64,000 bases of DNA, taken from Azolla caroliniana. Its lineage: Eukaryota > Plantae > Polypodiophyta. Position 1 is the stretch's first letter; each line of letters starts with the position of its first letter. This document shows, piece by piece, positions 60,336 through 64,000 of the stretch. The DNA lies in NCBI GenBank assembly GCA_043228905.1, contig JBHGNT010000003.1:21576001-21640000 (forward strand), written 5' to 3'. The position numbers and the translations under genes were made by a program. The notes beneath the pieces are model-generated. The model had not been told where the DNA came from and searched no databases. It saw nothing but the letters and a program-made list of their open reading frames with translations.

Positions 60336-62948
60336 TGTCGTGAAGAAAACCGTCCACAAGCGGAATCGGTGCACAGGAGCGTAGGAACCAGCTCTTCTCG
60401 AATGTTGTCCATAGAAGATCCTAGGCGGGTAGATTTAGTGGGTAGGAAGTAAAGGGGAAACGGCTCCTTCCTTGCCTATAAAAGGGAGGGAGACGAGAAG
60501 GGGGAGGGCGTCGTGGAGAGTCGAGGAGGAAGTGTTGTCGGTTTGCGTGCGAAGGCTTCTCTCTCTCTCTCTGGTTCGCAAACTCCATAGCTTCCTTCTG
60601 TGCAGGTTTCGGGAGGCTCGCGCTGCTCTGAGGAATGCCCAAGTGCTTCCGGCAGCACCTCCAACCTGCTCCTGTCTTTCTATGCGTTTACGAACAGGCA
60701 TCGGCATCTGTTCGCCGGCCTGTTCGGTTGTAACCGACTTCGTGTTTTGTTGCTTCCGTGTTCTTGTTGTTGTCCTTGTTAATACATACATACATTCGTG
60801 TCTCTCTATGTCGCTGTCCCACTCGTGTCTTTGTGTCGAAGGGCCGTGTCCCTGTGAATCTACGTTCGCACGTAGTGGGTCTCTTGTCCTTTCTCTCTTG
60901 CTCTTCGGTACAGGACCCCTGAGGTCCCGCCTCATTCCACGCATCCGCGAGGAAAACCTCCACATCTTGGTGAACCCGACGTGAAGGAGGCAGCAGAAGA
61001 GCAGAAGATGAAGGGGTCGGATCTTGCAGAGGCCATGGCTTCGACCGTGGATCGGATATTGAGTGCACGCGAGGGCACCGGCGCCCTCGACAGAGCCATT
61101 GAAGCGGTCGTCGGTACGATCGGCCGGTTCAGCGGAAAGGATGCCAAGAAGTATTTGGCGTCCTACGGAGCCGAAACGCTGATGCGGGACATTCCGGAAG
61201 AGAGGCGTCTTGCTGGGTTTCCTCGAGTGGCGATGCCGAGCATCCATGCGGAGGTGCTCGAGGTGCGGGCGGAGAGCCGTACCTGGGAGGAGTTCCAAGG
61301 CCGACTCCTAGAAAAATACGGGCTGGACGACGCGCTCCGGCTTTCGAAACGGGACTTCATGGAATGGGTGGAGTCCCCCGGCAAGGGAAGAAACGCGTCG
61401 GCAGTCCTCCGGGAGTTCGAAGAACGCTTTGCGCGCCTTTCGGCGCTTGACCAAACCGTTCTGGATACGAGCCGGGTCCTATTGTTCATCAAGTCGGTGG
61501 ACGAGCGGGACAGAGATCAAGTCGGCTCCTTGCTGGAAACCGAAGACGGGCTGATAACCGATTGGGCTGCGGTTAGGAGAGTCTGTGGCCGTTTCGACAA
61601 ACGGCGAGAATGGGCTGACAACGGGGCAACCGGTGCGGGCTCTGTCACAGCAAGGAGGCTTGAACCGGCACCGCAAGTGCGAAGGGAAGAAACCCGGGAA
61701 TGGCTCGAAACCGGTCCGGCTTCGACCAGCATGGTCAATGGCTCGTCCGGATGAGCCGCGCTAGAGGAGTTGACGCAGGCGATAAAGGATCTCCAGATCA
61801 CCCAGACTCGAAGGGAAGGCGGCGAACCGGCCGGCAGCGGGGAACAGGTGCATGTGGTGCGACGAGGTCGGCCACATTCGGAAGGACTGCGGCGATTTCG
61901 CAGAGGCGTTGAGGAATCGGGTGGTGTACCTGTGGGAAGGCCGGGTGCACGCCGGCGACACCAGGAGGGCCCTGAACCGAAACGACGGGCGAGGAGGTAT
62001 GAAGAGACTGATGGAAGAGGCAGCGGCCCGACACGTAGAGGCCATCCAGTACTCGGCGTCGGCCGGAATTCGGGTCGGGGGCAGCGAGGCCCGAACAGAG
62101 GGCAAAGACGGATTCTGGTCGGCAATGCTGGAAGGTCTTGCCGGCGCACGGCTAAGGAAAGATGAAATGGACCGCGCTGAGAGACGGGTCCGGGAAATAA
62201 CCGGGTGGAGCGATCCGGTCGAGGAGAAGACGGGCTTCGTAGAAGCCGCCTGCCGGAACTACGAGGCTCTGGTAGAAGACAAACGAGTGGGGAAAGCCGG
62301 AGCGACCGGGCCCTCACAACGGTACGAGACCCGATTCGGGCAACGACGGAACGATGCCGGCGGGTCCAGCTCGCAAGATAACCCCAGGAAGGGCGGATAC
62401 CGACTGGGGACGGAGATAGAAAGGACTACGGACCTACGAAAGGTCCTAGAAGAACGGATCCTCGACAGCAAAGTGGAGCTGTCATTGCGAGAGGTGTTAG
62501 GGATCGCCAAGAAGGAGTTCCACGACTCCATTGTAGACCTGGTGAAACGGAAGAGGCTGTTGACGGAGACGGAACCGGAAAGACCGGTGGAGGTGCGGAC
62601 GACGCACATCGACGACATGGCGCTGGAAGATGAGTGGGTGGAGAGCCACTATTCAAGGCCGCACTGGGCCCGAGCAACCACGGAGACCCCGGTGAAGATC
62701 GGAGATGTTCAGGAGCCGATGGTGGCATTGGTGGACCACGGTTCGGAAATAAACCTGATGTCAATGGACTTCTATAAGAAGGGAAAGTGGCCGATCAACA
62801 CCAAGCACGGGTGGAAGATACTGGCGGCGACGCGCGCCACCGAGGAACTGCACGGGGCCTGCCCGAACGTGCGAGTCAAGATCGGCGAAGTCGAGATTGA
62901 CCAGCACTTCTTCGTACAGGAGACGTCCTCACATCCGGTTATACTAGG
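60336..62948 (+). mobile_element. Ty3/gypsy element G7: LTR-F 60336-60964, PBS 60968-60985, Gag-PR to 62948, 3'-truncated
   Basis: FSGKDAKKYL, MWCDEVGHIRKDC, LVDHGSEIN and HPVILG, then an abrupt switch to X4. Confidence 0.92.
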
Positions 62949-64000
62949 CCCCGATCGAACGATCCACGACCGGATTACGCTCCACCCGTATTGGAGCATC
63001 ACGCGGTTCGGTCCCTGGTCGGGTCAATCCTTGGTCTCTACGTCGACCTTTTCACTGGCCATCTCCCACCCATCTTCGCTGGCATCGTGCCAGGACTCCT
63101 CGATACCGCCATCCATCTCCTCGGTCTTACAAGGGTATACGGGCCCGAATGCCGAGTTCTCCAGAATCGGGTCCGGGGGCTTTCGTCCGCTCCTTCCCCG
63201 TATCGTGTCGCTGGTGATTCTTGGTCTCTCGCCACCGCCTTCCTCCGCTTGGGACTCACGTGGGCACTCGGGCCCGACTGCCATCATCTCGGGAGCAAGT
63301 GTGGGAAGGCTCAAAGAATCGCCCGTCTGGTTTACGCCCTTGTCCGTAGCCACCGGCTCTTCATGGTCGGCGGTCGTCTCCTTACCGATCGCGTAAGCCC
63401 CGCCTGGGCTTGCTTCTCCGATGTCCGGGGTTTCGGGCTGACACGCCCGAAACCGCTGGTTCCAACGTTCTGATCCCGCGATCGGTATCTCGGCCTCGTC
63501 CTTGACCATTCTATCTTCGCAAGTCGAGAGGGCGTTTTGTTCCGCACCCTCTCTCGTGGTACCATCGTACCGATCTTCCGTCATCACGTGGGGCAGGTCC
63601 GTCTCCTCAGTCTCGGCTTGCGGCCTCGATCTTTCCTCTTCCTCGAGCATCGCCTCGAGAGCTGCGTACGCCTCCGCAATCCTGGCCCCAACACCGAGCC
63701 TTGCCGACTCTCTTTGCCGTTCGGCCTCTTCCCGTTGTGATGGCACGCCCTTCTCGTTGTCTAGCCGTTGGCACACCCTTCCGACCTTCGACCAGTCCTC
63801 CGTAAGCCCATTCGCTCCGTCATCGTCTTCGAGCTCCATCCCGATGGCCTCCCGTTCCGCTCGGTCGATCGACCTGATGAACAATAGGACCATGTCCGTC
63901 CCCACCAAACCTTGTTCCCGCTCTGGGAGCCGAGAAAGCCGTCGCTTGAACTCTCGGAACTCCTTCGTCGCGCCCCGGTGGGTCTTTGCCGATGCGACCC
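62949..64000 (-). mobile_element. Gag-only element X4, internal fragment (continues beyond window)
   Basis: ORF 63024-63908 is closely similar to X1 2747-3748 and X2 44139-45239. Confidence 0.87.

Noticed and set aside
21-63908. Most remaining ORFs in the six-frame track
   Set aside because: They are antisense or alternative-frame shadows of GC-rich gag/pol and LTR sequence.

Overview
This window is a 64 kb block of nested transposable elements from a land plant. The plant call rests on PLS-type PPR remnants, primer binding sites matching plant tRNA-iMet and tRNA-Trp, and C>T decay at CG and CHG sites; a seed-free plant such as a fern is my guess, not a demonstration. I found no intact host gene. 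Contents: (i) one hAT DNA transposon (3828-14182, 8-bp TSD) with an intron-containing, disabled transposase and a captured PPR fragment; (ii) Ty1/copia elements of two families; (iii) many members of one chromodomain-less Ty3/gypsy lineage, comprising pol-type copies (G1-G7), Gag-only non-autonomous elements (X1-X5) and solo LTRs, with about 8 different LTR bodies. The gypsy lineage is the most interesting system. All 8 clearly readable insertion sites are 4-mers centred on CpG. It primes on tRNA-Trp inside a co-varying U5/leader RNA fold. It appears to express RT-RH-INT by a -1 ribosomal frameshift (G GAT TTT TAG, 6-nt spacer, co-varying stem or pseudoknot) placed after the protease. All coordinates and alignments were read by eye, no database searches were run, and the labels G, X, C and LTR-A to H are mine.
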